64,000 nt of DNA from an uncultured Marinoscillum sp. (GCA_902634135.1 CACPJB010000001.1:100106-164105); one strand, 5' to 3'; numbered from the stretch's first letter, positions 29,317 through 40,342 are shown. Numbers and translations: made by a program. The notes: a model not told the origin generated them from the sequence alone.

Positions 29317-30113
29317 TTTATAATATCTACAGAGTAAGAATCAAATTGTAATTTTTCATTAGGTAAATTATTATTATCAAATATTCCATAGATGCAAGAA
29401 CCACTTCCTGAAAGACTTACAAATTTTGCGCCTAAATCTATTAGATATTGTTTAATATTCTTTGAAATTTTAATTTTTGAAAAAACATAATTTTCAAAAT
29501 CATTTTTAACATATTTTTTCCAATTTTCAATATTTTCATTTTCTAAAACTTCTTTCAAATCATATTTTGATTTTGATGATGAAATGTTTTTAAATGCTTC
29601 ACCGGTATTTATTGGTTTTTTAGGATTAATGATAATTATGCTTTTTTTTGATAAATCAAGATTTATATTTTCAAATATATTACCAGTGTTAGTAACATAT
29701 TTTGATTTATTTGTAATAAAAAAAGGACAGTCACTACCAATTTTATTTGCTATAAATAATAATTTATCATTATTAAATTGATTTAATTTTTTATTTAAAT
29801 ATTTTAGAGTAAATGCTGCATCAGAGGATCCACCTCCTAAACCTGCTCCAACAGGAATGTTCTTATGTAGGTGAATTTTAAATTTTTTATTTGAACTAAA
29901 TAAATCTAATGTTTTGAAAATAACATTTTCAGATATATCACATTCTATATTTATTCCTGATATGTTTAATCTATTTTCTTCATTTTCATGAATTTCAATA
30001 ATATCATATAATGATACAGGAACAAAGCACGATTCTATTTTATGGTATCCGTTATCTAATTTTTCAACAATATTAAGACCAATATTAATTTTAGCATTTG
30101 GATATATAATCAT
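29313..30113 (-). CDS. ispE: 4-diphosphocytidyl-2-C-methyl-D-erythritol kinase
   Basis: N-terminus AKINIGLNIVEK and GHMP kinase motif PVGAGLGGGSSDAA. Confidence 0.85.
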   Translation of the reverse strand: MIIYPNAKINIGLNIVEKLDNGYHKIESCFVPVSLYDIIEIHENEENRLNISGINIECDISENVIFKTLDLFSSNKKFKIHLHKNIPVGAGLGGGSSDAAFTLKYLNKKLNQFNNDKLLFIANKIGSDCPFFITNKSKYVTNTGNIFENINLDLSKKSIIIINPKKPINTGEAFKNISSSKSKYDLKEVLENENIENWKKYVKNDFENYVFSKIKISKNIKQYLIDLGAKFVSLSGSGSCIYGIFDNNNLPNEKLQFDSYSVDIIN

Positions 30114-30115
30114 TC

Positions 30116-30916
30116 TTAACTGAATTGATCAATTATATCTTCAGAAATTCCTGTATTAGAAAACCCTCCATCATGAAATAAATTTTGCATAGTAATTTTT
30201 CTACTTAAATCTGAGAATAGAAAAATACAATAATTAGCACATTCAGATGCATCTGCATTACCAAGTGGAGACATTTTTTGAGCATAATTATAAAAAGCTT
30301 TAAATCCTTCTATGCCGGATCCTGCAGTTGTAATTGTTGGTGATTGTGAAATTGTATTTACACGAGTTTTACAGGTTTTTCCTAATCTATAACCATAACT
30401 TCTAGTTATTGATTCAAGCAAAGATTTTGCTTCAGCCATATCGGAGTAAAAAGGAAAAGTTCTTTGTGCTGCAATATAGGATAATCCAACAATTGATGAC
30501 CATTTGTTTAATATTTGATTTTTTTCTGCAATTTGCATCATCTTATGAAATGATATTGCAGAAACATCTAGAGTTTTCATTAGCCAGTCATAATTTAAGT
30601 TCCCATACTCTTTACTTTTACGTACATTAGGAGACATACCAACAGAATGAAGAATAAAATCAACTTTTCCATTGAGAAAATCATTAGATTCATTATATAA
30701 GTTTTGAATATCTTCTATTGATGTTAAGTCTGCAGCTACAACTCTTGATGAACATTTTTCAGATAACTCATTAATTTTACCCATTCGTAAAGCAATTGGT
30801 GCATTTGTTAAAGTAAATTTTGCACCTTCTTCAAAACATCTTTCAGCGACCTTCCAAGCAATTGAATTTTCATCTAATGCACCAGATATAATTCCTTTTT
30901 TCCCTTTTAATAACAT
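30116..30916 (-). CDS. fabI: Enoyl-[acyl-carrier-protein] reductase FabI
   Basis: 266-aa SDR-type protein with N-terminus LLKGKKGIISGALDENSIAW, typical of FabI. Confidence 0.85.
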   Translation of the reverse strand: MLLKGKKGIISGALDENSIAWKVAERCFEEGAKFTLTNAPIALRMGKINELSEKCSSRVVAADLTSIEDIQNLYNESNDFLNGKVDFILHSVGMSPNVRKSKEYGNLNYDWLMKTLDVSAISFHKMMQIAEKNQILNKWSSIVGLSYIAAQRTFPFYSDMAEAKSLLESITRSYGYRLGKTCKTRVNTISQSPTITTAGSGIEGFKAFYNYAQKMSPLGNADASECANYCIFLFSDLSRKITMQNLFHDGGFSNTGISEDIIDQFS

Positions 30917-30918
30917 AT

Positions 30919-31116
30919 CTAAAAACTAAAGATTCCTTTCATAGCAAAGTAAGGAATAATAATATAAAGAATAGAGTCTCTAATCAAATAAAAAATAAAA
31001 ATTGTAATGACTAATTTCCAACCAAATTTTTTAATTGTCTTCTTAAATCCATGATTTCGATAATAAATTACATATTTATAAAGAAAATTTGGAATAAGTT
31101 TTTCTTTAATTTTCAT
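30919..31116 (-). CDS. Small hypothetical membrane protein (65 aa)
   Basis: One or two hydrophobic segments, packed tightly between fabI and the DUF4835 gene. I recognise no family. Confidence 0.35.
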   Translation of the reverse strand: MKIKEKLIPNFLYKYVIYYRNHGFKKTIKKFGWKLVITIFIFYLIRDSILYIIIPYFAMKGIFSF

Positions 31117-31117
31117 T

Positions 31118-32005
31118 TTATTCTAAAATTTTATTGAATAAATCTCTATTAGATGGTGATAATTCATTCATGATATTAAATGCATCTCTTTTAACATTTA
31201 ATGATGCATTTTTAAATATACTAGTAATCTCATTTGCTTTTGCATTAATAAAGAGATTAATTATAGAAGAATTAAAATTTTTAGAATTTACATCATTGAT
31301 CTTAGATAGGTTATTCAAGATAATGTTTTGAGATTCAACAGGTTCTGAATGAAATATATCCATTCCTAACAAATGATAATTGTAATAAGCTTCTCTAATT
31401 GCACGAAACTCAGGGTTCAAAAAATTTTCACATATCCAATATCTATTATTTTTAGATCCAAACTGATCCCATCCTTTATATCCAGAGTTTTGAGAATCAT
31501 TCAGTATTTTCCATGCTTTCTGAAAATTTTCTTCACCACCTAATTTTTCAAAAGTATCATAATCTATTCCTAAAATTATATATGAATAAAAAGCTAAAAG
31601 AGATGTTAAATTATCATTAAACCCATTTTCTGTGTATTCTAAATTTTGAGATGGGAAAAACTCATAGGTCCACTCTCTATCACCATGATTAAATAATACT
31701 GTTTCATATGAAGAGTTGTATATAGGCCTAGAAGAAACTATTTGAACAGTTGCTTCATATACATTTGGAGAGGGTTCGTTTAAAATATTGATAATAAAAT
31801 TACAATTTATTCTTTCTTCAGAATTGTATTTGTCTTCGGTCCAGATATTATTATTTAAAAACTGCTCAATTGAAGTTTGCATTTCATTAAAAATCAGTAC
31901 TTCGGAGGATTGAAGTTTTTCTGTATTTATTACAACTTTAGAATTCAGCTCTTGAGAATATAAAGAACTTGAAAATATAAAATAAAAAAGAACGATTCTT
32001 ATCAT
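31118..32005 (-). CDS. DUF4835 family protein (Bacteroidetes-specific, secreted)
   Basis: Signal peptide ending LYS/QELN. Conserved blocks ERINCNF, QIVSSRPIYNSSY, SGYKGWDQ..SKNNRYW and AYYNYHLLGMD match my recollection of DUF4835 proteins. Confidence 0.7.
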   Translation of the reverse strand: MIRIVLFYFIFSSSLYSQELNSKVVINTEKLQSSEVLIFNEMQTSIEQFLNNNIWTEDKYNSEERINCNFIINILNEPSPNVYEATVQIVSSRPIYNSSYETVLFNHGDREWTYEFFPSQNLEYTENGFNDNLTSLLAFYSYIILGIDYDTFEKLGGEENFQKAWKILNDSQNSGYKGWDQFGSKNNRYWICENFLNPEFRAIREAYYNYHLLGMDIFHSEPVESQNIILNNLSKINDVNSKNFNSSIINLFINAKANEITSIFKNASLNVKRDAFNIMNELSPSNRDLFNKILE

Positions 32006-32019
32006 TGAAAAAAGATAAC

Positions 32020-32370
32020 TTAATCTAAGTTAAGATCTTCTTCTTCTTCTTCTTCTGGATCTCTGAAAAACAATTCATCGTTTACCAATTCTTCTGAAGC
32101 TACAGTTGTTGATTTAGGAAGTCGCTCAAAATATCTGGATATTTCAATTTGTTCTCTATTTTCAAAAACTTCCTCGAGATTATCAACATCTGAAGCAAAT
32201 TCAGCTAATTTTTCATTTAATTCCTCTTTTTGAGCAGCAGATAGTTGTCTAGCTCTCTTACCTATAACTCTAACAGACTTATAAATATTTCCTGTTTTTG
32301 AAGCTATTTCATCAACATTAAGATGAGTTATTTTAGATTTAATTTTCATATTTATTTTTTTACTCGGCAA
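32020..32370 (-). CDS. rpoZ: DNA-directed RNA polymerase omega subunit (Bacteroidetes long form) with acidic tail
   Basis: 116 aa with NIYKSVRVIGKRARQL and an acidic C-terminal tail, EEEEEED. Confidence 0.7.
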   Translation of the reverse strand: MPSKKINMKIKSKITHLNVDEIASKTGNIYKSVRVIGKRARQLSAAQKEELNEKLAEFASDVDNLEEVFENREQIEISRYFERLPKSTTVASEELVNDELFFRDPEEEEEEDLNLD

Positions 32371-33160
32371 ATTTAGTTAATAAATTTAAACTTTCAACAT
32401 ACATTTTTTCAGCTTCTGCAAGAAAAGAACTTTTTGGATATTTATCAACAAAATTAAGGTACAAATTAATAGTTTCCTTATGTCTTTCTTCTTGTAAATC
32501 TTCGAAGCTATTAATCGATATTAAGTATTGTGATAATATTTTTAGATATGAACCTTCTTCATTAAATGATGAATCTGGAAAATCACTTTCAAAATTGTCT
32601 AATGCAATTATTGCAGATTTATAATTTCTGGTTTTGTAGTACTGCTTTGCATTTTCAAAGTTTTTTGTTTCTAATTTAATTTGAAGTTCATCAATAATTG
32701 TATTTGCATCTTTTGAATAATCTGAATAAGGGTATTTATTTATAAAATTTTGCATAGCTGATATTGCTTCTAATGTACTTGATTGATCTAAATTAGAATT
32801 TGGAGACTCTTTATATAATGAAATAGAGTACAAATATTCAGCTTCGGTAACATTATCACTTCTTGAAAAAAGTTCTATGAATCCTTTGAAATATTTTGCA
32901 CTTAAATCATATTGTTTTAGGTTATAAAGTGAGTAAGCAAAATAAAAATCAACAATTTCTGATTCTTCACTTCCTTTAACTAAAGGTTTAATATCCTTAA
33001 ATAATGTGCTTGCTTTGAAATATTCTTCTTCTTTATAATACTTAATTGCAGCTTCTAATTTTTCTTCATACCCTTCTTTTTTTAAAATTTTTCTATATTC
33101 ACTACAAGAGAATAATAGAAGTAATACTAAAGAAAGATTATATCTAAATAATTTAATCAT
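32360..33160 (-). CDS. bamD: Outer membrane protein assembly factor BamD (TPR lipoprotein)
   Basis: Lipobox LLLLFSC, TPR-like repeats, 266 aa, located upstream of rpoZ as in other Flavobacteriia. Confidence 0.7.
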   Translation of the reverse strand: MIKLFRYNLSLVLLLLFSCSEYRKILKKEGYEEKLEAAIKYYKEEEYFKASTLFKDIKPLVKGSEESEIVDFYFAYSLYNLKQYDLSAKYFKGFIELFSRSDNVTEAEYLYSISLYKESPNSNLDQSSTLEAISAMQNFINKYPYSDYSKDANTIIDELQIKLETKNFENAKQYYKTRNYKSAIIALDNFESDFPDSSFNEEGSYLKILSQYLISINSFEDLQEERHKETINLYLNFVDKYPKSSFLAEAEKMYVESLNLLTKFAE

Positions 33161-34682
33161 TTCGCAAATATATCTTATTTCTAAAATAAAAAACTATATC
33201 ATTTATACTAGGTTTTTCATCTTCTCTCCATTGAAAAGATTTAATATAAAGATCATTTTCTTCTATTTCATGAGGTGGTATCATCTTGGCAATAGGATTA
33301 TTATAGAAAATGATATTATTAATTTCATTATTTTCAAAATTTAATTTTAAATCACTACATATAATATAATTTAACCCAATGATTGTCTTATAATCTTCAT
33401 TTAACCCAAAATATATAGTTTCTCCATTACCTGATACTTCAATAGTTTCTAAATAATTATTTTCAGAAAAAGAAGCTTTCATATTTCTGCCTTTTATTTG
33501 ATTGAAATTACCTAATGTATCCATTGAAATTATAAATGAATTTTTAATTAAATTCATTTCATCCACTTGATTATCATATAATTTAAAAATTATTGTATCA
33601 GATGTAATTTGATTTGAATAATTCCAAATGATGGGATTATTGTACATACTTATAATTGAATCTTCTATTAAAAAGATGAGTGAGTCAGATTTCCCAATAA
33701 AATCCTGCTTATAAAATTTTACATTATTATAGGCAAATAATTTATTTATATTTTCTTTATCATCAATTGCTAAAATTGTATCAGAAGAAAGGTAAAAAGT
33801 GTCATTTTCTATATTTTTTTTAAGTAATGAATTCCCGAAAATTTTAGTTGAATTATTTGATTTTTTATATATTCCTTCATCTCCATAAACAAAATAATCT
33901 GACTCTTTAATATTTAAAATAACATTATTTTTCGCATAATAAATGGAATTTTCTTCATCAAAGTTTATATAATCTGCTTCCAGAATATATTTTTTAGTTT
34001 CTATTTTACTGGACTTGAGTTTAGAGTTATTAGTTTCTTGTCTAAAAGTCCCTCCAAGGCTTTCAATGTATGTGCTGTCTTTTGATATGATTTTAGTATA
34101 TCCATATGTTATTGCTTCTTTTAATAATGTATAATATGACATAGAATCAGATTTTAAAGTATAATTTTCACCAATTAAATTGACATCATCATAAAATATA
34201 GATAAATCACTATTTCCATAAAAAATCCCAAATTCACTTTTTAAAGTATTTACATTATCTTTAAGTTCTCCGCTATTAAAAAAAAATCCTTTTTTTTCAT
34301 TAAAATCATAGTCTAAATTATTTGTTTTGATTTGTTCATCTCCTTTGATATAAACTACATTATCTCTGAGTTTTGCTATTTTGGTCTCGCCATTATATAC
34401 AAGTTTTCTTGCTTTAATAACTGATGAGTCAGGGTTTGTTATAATTATATTACCAAAAGCTTCAAGTATACTTCTTCTGTTATAAAAGTTAGCAGAATCA
34501 CATTTGATCTCTGTTTCGCCTTGATTGAATATGACATTATTAATTAATTTTCTTACAGGTTCCTTATTAATTCTTCTGAATTTTAATTCATCAGCTTTAT
34601 AAGATATTTTATCCTTTTTTTGAGCTATTATTTCAAAGCTTGTTAAGCAAAATAAAACTATATTAAAATAGATAAATTTCAT
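33153..34682 (-). CDS. OstA/LptD-N-like domain periplasmic protein
   Basis: 509 aa with a signal peptide ending EIIA/Q. It has repetitive beta-jellyroll-like sequence (repeated N..V......G). The call is by resemblance to flavobacterial OstA-like proteins. Confidence 0.45.
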   Translation of the reverse strand: MKFIYFNIVLFCLTSFEIIAQKKDKISYKADELKFRRINKEPVRKLINNVIFNQGETEIKCDSANFYNRRSILEAFGNIIITNPDSSVIKARKLVYNGETKIAKLRDNVVYIKGDEQIKTNNLDYDFNEKKGFFFNSGELKDNVNTLKSEFGIFYGNSDLSIFYDDVNLIGENYTLKSDSMSYYTLLKEAITYGYTKIISKDSTYIESLGGTFRQETNNSKLKSSKIETKKYILEADYINFDEENSIYYAKNNVILNIKESDYFVYGDEGIYKKSNNSTKIFGNSLLKKNIENDTFYLSSDTILAIDDKENINKLFAYNNVKFYKQDFIGKSDSLIFLIEDSIISMYNNPIIWNYSNQITSDTIIFKLYDNQVDEMNLIKNSFIISMDTLGNFNQIKGRNMKASFSENNYLETIEVSGNGETIYFGLNEDYKTIIGLNYIICSDLKLNFENNEINNIIFYNNPIAKMIPPHEIEENDLYIKSFQWREDEKPSINDIVFYFRNKIYLRND

Positions 34683-34732
34683 AATGTAAAAATAGATAGA
34701 TAATTAATTTTATTTTGCAATTTTCAAATTCT

Positions 34733-34740
34733 TATTTTTG
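34733..34740 (+). promoter_or_regulatory. Candidate -7 promoter box (TATTTTTG) for tilS
   Basis: Exact TAnnTTTG match 9 nt upstream of the tilS ATG. Confidence 0.35.
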
Positions 34741-34749
34741 TATATATAA

Positions 34750-36081
34750 ATGGAAAAAATAGAAAAAAAATTTATTTCGTATTTTAAAGAAAATAATTTA
34801 AGCTTAAATGATAAAAAATATCTTTTGGCTGTAAGTGGTGGTGTTGATTCAATGGTAATGCTTAATCTTTTTTTAAAATTTAAATTAAATTTTTCTGTAT
34901 GTACTTGTAACTTCAATTTAAGAGGAATTGAATCCGAAAAAGATATTTTACATGTAGAAAAATTTTGTAAAAAAAGAAATATAAGTTTTTTTTCTAAAAA
35001 GTTTAATACATCAGAATATTCCAAAAAAAATAAAATTTCAATCCAGATGTCATGTAGAAATTTAAGATATAGTTGGTTTAGAAGTCTAATAGAAAAAAAA
35101 GACTATGATTATATTGTAACAGCTCATCATAATGATGACAATATTGAAACTATTTTATTTAATTTCATAAAAACTACAGGTTATAAAGGTATGGTAGGAA
35201 TTCCTAAGTCTTCAAATAATATATTAAGGCCTTTACTTGATATTAGGAAGAAAGAAATTTTATTATATGCAAAAAATAATGAAATAGATTGGAGAGATGA
35301 TATCTCAAATAATGATAATAAATATATTAGAAATAAAATAAGAAATAAATTAATACCAATTATTTCAGAAATAAATCCATCTTATGATAATTCAATCAAT
35401 AAATCATTTAAAAGGTTAGAAAAATTAGAGAATTTCATTAATTATCATATAAAGAAATTTGTCTCTCAATTTGTGTATGAAAATAAGAAATATGTTGAAG
35501 TAAGTAAAAAGTTTTTAAACCAAAATTATGATCAATCTGTTATTATTTATGATTTTTTGGGAAGTTATGGATTTAACTATGATCAGGTATCACAAATTAT
35601 TTTAGCTATTAATAAGAAAAATAACAAAAAGTTCTTTTCTGAAGAATATATGCTTATTAATGATAGGAAATCATTTTACATTTTTAAAAAAACATCTTTT
35701 CAAAAAGAGTCTAAAGAAATAAAGTCATTAGAGAAAGTTTTTATTGGATCAAAAAGAATTTCATTGACTAAATATAATATTGAAAATTTTATACTTAATA
35801 AAAACAAAAATAATGCTCAGTTGGATTATGATAAAGTCAGTTTTCCTCTTGTTATAAGAAATTTTAAAAATGGAGAAAAATTTTCACCACTAGGAATGAG
35901 TAATAATAAAAAAATCTCAAGTTATTTATCAGATAATAAAATTTCAATTATAGATAAAATTAATCAATTCGTAGTTGAAGATTCTTCTAAAAGTATCATA
36001 TGGTTAGTTGGCCAGCAAATTAATGATAAATTTAAGGTAGATTCAAAAACAAAAAATGTATTGGAATTTGAAATAATTTAA
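34750..36081 (+). CDS. tilS: tRNA(Ile)-lysidine synthetase
   Basis: PP-loop motif LLAVSGGVDSMV; 443 aa. Confidence 0.85.
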   Translation: MEKIEKKFISYFKENNLSLNDKKYLLAVSGGVDSMVMLNLFLKFKLNFSVCTCNFNLRGIESEKDILHVEKFCKKRNISFFSKKFNTSEYSKKNKISIQMSCRNLRYSWFRSLIEKKDYDYIVTAHHNDDNIETILFNFIKTTGYKGMVGIPKSSNNILRPLLDIRKKEILLYAKNNEIDWRDDISNNDNKYIRNKIRNKLIPIISEINPSYDNSINKSFKRLEKLENFINYHIKKFVSQFVYENKKYVEVSKKFLNQNYDQSVIIYDFLGSYGFNYDQVSQIILAINKKNNKKFFSEEYMLINDRKSFYIFKKTSFQKESKEIKSLEKVFIGSKRISLTKYNIENFILNKNKNNAQLDYDKVSFPLVIRNFKNGEKFSPLGMSNNKKISSYLSDNKISIIDKINQFVVEDSSKSIIWLVGQQINDKFKVDSKTKNVLEFEII

Positions 36082-36111
36082 TTTAAAATTTAAACTTTAT
36101 TTCTCATTATC

Positions 36112-36119
36112 TAATTTTG
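36112..36119 (+). promoter_or_regulatory. Candidate -7 promoter box (TAATTTTG) for mdh
   Basis: Exact TAnnTTTG match 14 nt upstream of the mdh ATG. Confidence 0.35.
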
Positions 36120-36133
36120 TAGAAAATATAAAT

Positions 36134-37060
36134 ATGAAAGTAACAGTAGTAGGAGCAGGAAATGTAGGTGCAACATGTGCTGATGTCTTAGCTCAAAAAG
36201 AAGTTTGTAATGAAGTTATTTTAGTTGATATTAAAGAAGGACTATCTGAGGGAAAAGCTTTAGATATTTTTCAAAAATCACCTATAAACTTATATGATAC
36301 TAGAACAATTGGTTCTACGAATGATTATACTCTTACTAAGGACTCAGATGTAGTTGTTATAACGTCGGGATTACCAAGAAAGCCTGGTATGTCTAGAGAT
36401 GACCTAATTGGAACAAATGCTAGGATAGTTGAGTCTGTAACTCAGAATATTGTTAAATATTCACCGGATTCAATTATAATTATTGTTTCTAATCCATTAG
36501 ATGTTATGACATATCAAGCTCACTTAACCTCAAATTTTGATAGAAATAGAGTAATGGGTATGGCAGGAATTTTGGATACAGCTAGGTATAGAGCTTTTAT
36601 TGCTGATGAATTAAATATTTCTACTAAAGATATTCAAGCTGTTTTGCTTGGTGGCCATGGAGATACAATGGTGCCATTACCAAGATATACTACTGTAGCT
36701 GGGATACCTGTAACGGAGTTAATAAATAAAAACAAGCTTAATGAAATAATCGAAAGAACAAAGTTTGGTGGTGGAGAACTAGTTAAATTAATGGGGACAT
36801 CTGCTTGGTATGCTCCTGGTGCCGCCGCAGCTCAAATGGTTGAATCAATAATAAAAAATCAAAAAAGAATTTTTCCAGTTTGTGTTAAACTTGAGGGTGA
36901 ATATAATATTGATGATTGTTACCTTGGTGTTCCTGTTATACTAGGTTCAAATGGTATAGATAAAGTTATAGAACTTGATTTAAATTCTGAAGAAACAACT
37001 TTGCTTCAACAATCAAGAGAACATGTTAAAGAAGTAATGTCTGTTCTTGAAAATCTTTAA
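36134..37060 (+). CDS. mdh: Malate dehydrogenase (LDH-like family)
   Basis: MKVTVVGAGNVGAT Rossmann motif, GLPRKPGMSRDDL, and catalytic LGGHGD. Confidence 0.95.
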   Translation: MKVTVVGAGNVGATCADVLAQKEVCNEVILVDIKEGLSEGKALDIFQKSPINLYDTRTIGSTNDYTLTKDSDVVVITSGLPRKPGMSRDDLIGTNARIVESVTQNIVKYSPDSIIIIVSNPLDVMTYQAHLTSNFDRNRVMGMAGILDTARYRAFIADELNISTKDIQAVLLGGHGDTMVPLPRYTTVAGIPVTELINKNKLNEIIERTKFGGGELVKLMGTSAWYAPGAAAAQMVESIIKNQKRIFPVCVKLEGEYNIDDCYLGVPVILGSNGIDKVIELDLNSEETTLLQQSREHVKEVMSVLENL

Positions 37061-39153
37061 TGAATTCTATTTCAATCAATCAAAGTAATTTAATTAGTAG
37101 AGACTTAAGTTGGCTTAACTTTAATTATAGGGTATTAGATCAGGCTAAAAATAATTCTCGAAAAGTTCTTGATAAGTTAAAATTTCTTTCAATAGTTGCT
37201 TCAAACTTTGATGAATTCTTTGAAATTCGAGTAGGCAGTTTATATAATTACATTGATAATGATAAAACTAGGGTGGATTACTCTGGTATGAGAGAAAAAC
37301 CTTTTAGAGAGTATCTACTAAATAAAACAAAAATTTTTTTTGATGATTATAATAAATGTTTTTCAGGTGAAATTTTGAAATCTTTAAAAAATGATAAAAT
37401 AATAATAGGTGATATTGAGGATTTAGATGATGAAGGTAGAAAGAGAGTAAAAAAATATTTTAAGAAAACAATATTTCCAATGATTACTCCAATGGTTTTT
37501 GATAATCTTCATTCATTTCCAATTTTGATGAATAAGGTTTTAATTTTTGGTGTTGTTACTAAAACTAAAACTGATTCAAATAAAAAAAAGATTTCATTTA
37601 TTCAAGTCCCTATCAATCTTCCAAGATTTTTTGAATATAAAATAGATGATAGGTTATTTTTCATCCCTATTGAAAAAATTATTTCTAAGTATATAACCAA
37701 ATTTTTTAGAAGTGTTTTTATTGAAAGTGTTAGTTTATTTAGAATAATTAGAAATGGTGATTTTACATTAGAGGAATCTGAGGATATTGATACAAATTTT
37801 CTTGAAGAATTAAAACAAAAACTGAAAGATAGAAAATTTAGTAGAGTAGTTAGAATTGAAATAAGTAGTTTATTTGATGATTTCCTATTAGATTCTCTTA
37901 AATCAAGATTTAAATTAGATGATTTTAATATCATGAAATTACCATCTAATTCAATAATGGACCTTACATCTTTAAATCAAATTTATGAGTATGAGGAGTT
38001 TTCTGAATTTTTTAATGAATATCCATCACCTATTGAGCCATTTGATATGGAAGGAGATTATGATAAAAGTATTTTTGAGATCTTATCCGAAAAGGATATT
38101 TTTCTTCATCATCCATATAATTCTTTTGATCCTGTTATTAGATTCTTAAATGAAGCAGCAGAAGATCCTAATGTTCTATCAATAAAAATTACGCTATATA
38201 GAACAGCAAAAAATTCAAGAGTCATTGATGCGCTTTTGAAAGCTGCTGAAAATGGTAAGCATGTATCTGTTCTTTTTGAGGTTAAAGCGAGATTTGATGA
38301 AGAAAATAATTTAAATAATGGATATAAACTTGAGAAGGCAGGATGTTATGTGATTTATGGAATTGGTTCATTAAAAACTCATACAAAGCTGTTATTAATT
38401 GTCAGAAGGGAAGGGAAGAAAGTCAAAAATTATGCTCATATGGGTACTGGAAATTATAATGAGACAACTTCTAAATTATATACTGACTTAAGCCTTATGA
38501 CATCTAATCAAAAATATACAAAAGATGCTCTTGAATTTTTTAATGTAATTACAGGTCATTCAGTTCCAGATGACTATGAGAACTTAATTACTGCTCCTAT
38601 ATATATGAGAGATAAAATTTTGAATTTAATAGAAAATGAAATTGATAATTCTAAATCAGGGTTAGATGCAAAAATTTGTATAAAAATTAATTCACTTCAA
38701 GATAAAAATGTAATTAATAAATTATATGAAGCAAGTAATAATGGAGTCAAAATTTCTTTGATTGTAAGAGGAATTTGTTGCTTACGTCCAGAGAGAAAAA
38801 ATCTCAGTCAAAATATTCAAGTTATATCAATTGTAGGTGATTATTTAGAACATAGTAGAATTTACTATTTTCATAATGCTGGTAATCCAATTATATATTC
38901 AGGGAGTGCTGATGTTATGATTAGAAGTTTTAAAAGAAGAATTGAGTCATTATTTAAAATAAATGAAGATTTTATTAAAAAACAGGCAATTACTATTTTA
39001 AATTTTAATTTAAAAGATAATTGTAATTCATATATTTTGAAAGAAGATGGAAATTATATTAAAAGAGAAATTGGATCTAATAAAAAATTTGATTTATTTA
39101 AAAAATTTTATTCTCTGAAAAGAAAAAATTTAGAAGATTCAATTATTCTATAA
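37060..39153 (+). CDS. ppk1: Polyphosphate kinase 1
   Basis: 697 aa with N-terminus RDLSWLNFNYRVL and a phosphohistidine context, SLKTHTKLLLIVRRE. Confidence 0.9.
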   Translation: MNSISINQSNLISRDLSWLNFNYRVLDQAKNNSRKVLDKLKFLSIVASNFDEFFEIRVGSLYNYIDNDKTRVDYSGMREKPFREYLLNKTKIFFDDYNKCFSGEILKSLKNDKIIIGDIEDLDDEGRKRVKKYFKKTIFPMITPMVFDNLHSFPILMNKVLIFGVVTKTKTDSNKKKISFIQVPINLPRFFEYKIDDRLFFIPIEKIISKYITKFFRSVFIESVSLFRIIRNGDFTLEESEDIDTNFLEELKQKLKDRKFSRVVRIEISSLFDDFLLDSLKSRFKLDDFNIMKLPSNSIMDLTSLNQIYEYEEFSEFFNEYPSPIEPFDMEGDYDKSIFEILSEKDIFLHHPYNSFDPVIRFLNEAAEDPNVLSIKITLYRTAKNSRVIDALLKAAENGKHVSVLFEVKARFDEENNLNNGYKLEKAGCYVIYGIGSLKTHTKLLLIVRREGKKVKNYAHMGTGNYNETTSKLYTDLSLMTSNQKYTKDALEFFNVITGHSVPDDYENLITAPIYMRDKILNLIENEIDNSKSGLDAKICIKINSLQDKNVINKLYEASNNGVKISLIVRGICCLRPERKNLSQNIQVISIVGDYLEHSRIYYFHNAGNPIIYSGSADVMIRSFKRRIESLFKINEDFIKKQAITILNFNLKDNCNSYILKEDGNYIKREIGSNKKFDLFKKFYSLKRKNLEDSIIL

Positions 39154-39193
39154 TTAGATTCTATCATTTAAAATAATATTATATATTTCAAAT

Positions 39194-40342
39194 ATGAAAA
39201 AATTAAAAATGGGAATGATTGGAGGAGGAGGAGGATCATTTATTGGAGCTATCCATAGAAACGCTGCTCTATTAGATAATTGCATCGAATTAGTTTGTGG
39301 TTCATTTAGTTCAGATTACCAAAACTCTTTAGATACTGGAAAGAAATTATTTTTGGATGAAAATCGAATTTATGAAACATATGATGAAATGATATCAATT
39401 GAATCTCAAAAAAAAGAAAATGAGAAAATGGATATCGTTTCAATTGTTACTCCTAATCATCTTCATTTTGATCCAGCAATGAAAGCGTTAGATAATGGTT
39501 TCCCAGTTATCATAGATAAACCCTTAACTTTTAATTCAGACCAGGCAAAAAAATTAGTTGAAAAAGTAAATGAAACAAATTTACCATTTGCAGTGACGCA
39601 TACTTATACTGGATACCCTATGGTAAAGGAAGCCAAATATTTAATTAAATCTGGTAAAATTGGTAATATTAGAAAGGTTGCTGTAGAATATCCTCAAGGA
39701 TGGCTTACATCTAATCTTGAAAATACTGATAATAAACAAGCTTCATGGAGAACAGATCCTAAAAAGTCTGGTAAGGCGGGAAGTATGGGAGATATTGGAA
39801 CCCATGCTGCTAATATGGTTGAATATTTAACTGGAAAAAAAATATTGAAGTTATTTTCAAAGGTAAATACATTTGTAAAAGGTAGATTATTAGAGGATGA
39901 TGGAAATGTTTTAATTTCTTTAGAAGATGGTATAGAGGGTAATTTAATGACTAGCCAAATAGCAACTGGAGAAGAAAATGATTTAAAAATAAGAGTTTGG
40001 GGTGAATTAGGAGGTATTGAGTGGAAACACTCAATGCCAAATACTTTATTGTTAAAATTAAACGGTAATCCTAATCAGATTTTACGTGCAGGTGTTGATA
40101 ATTCATATTTATCAGATTTTGCTTTATTACATTGCAGAACTCCATCTGGACATCCTGAAGGTTTCATTGAGGCTTTTGCAAATATTTATAGAAATTTTTC
40201 TTATGCCGTAAATAATCATATTAATTCTATTAATATAGACCCAATGTATGACTTTCCTACAGTAGATGAAGGGTATAGGGGAATGAAATTCATAGATGCT
40301 GTTATTGAGTCATCTAAATATTCAAAATGGATAAATATTTAA
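39194..40342 (+). CDS. Gfo/Idh/MocA family oxidoreductase
   Basis: N-terminal Rossmann motif MGMIGGGGGSFIG plus EKPL-like IIDKPL; 382 aa. Confidence 0.8.
   Translation: MKKLKMGMIGGGGGSFIGAIHRNAALLDNCIELVCGSFSSDYQNSLDTGKKLFLDENRIYETYDEMISIESQKKENEKMDIVSIVTPNHLHFDPAMKALDNGFPVIIDKPLTFNSDQAKKLVEKVNETNLPFAVTHTYTGYPMVKEAKYLIKSGKIGNIRKVAVEYPQGWLTSNLENTDNKQASWRTDPKKSGKAGSMGDIGTHAANMVEYLTGKKILKLFSKVNTFVKGRLLEDDGNVLISLEDGIEGNLMTSQIATGEENDLKIRVWGELGGIEWKHSMPNTLLLKLNGNPNQILRAGVDNSYLSDFALLHCRTPSGHPEGFIEAFANIYRNFSYAVNNHINSINIDPMYDFPTVDEGYRGMKFIDAVIESSKYSKWINI

Noticed and set aside
32038-32055. (TTC)6 trinucleotide repeat.
   Set aside because: It encodes the in-frame poly-Glu acidic tail of RpoZ. It is short, and slippage would stay in frame, so there is no evidence of a phase-variation role.
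34710-35024. 104-aa minus-strand ORF overlapping the tilS 5' region and its promoter gap.
   Set aside because: It is antisense to the tilS PP-loop region and has no recognisable features. The tilS call is strong.
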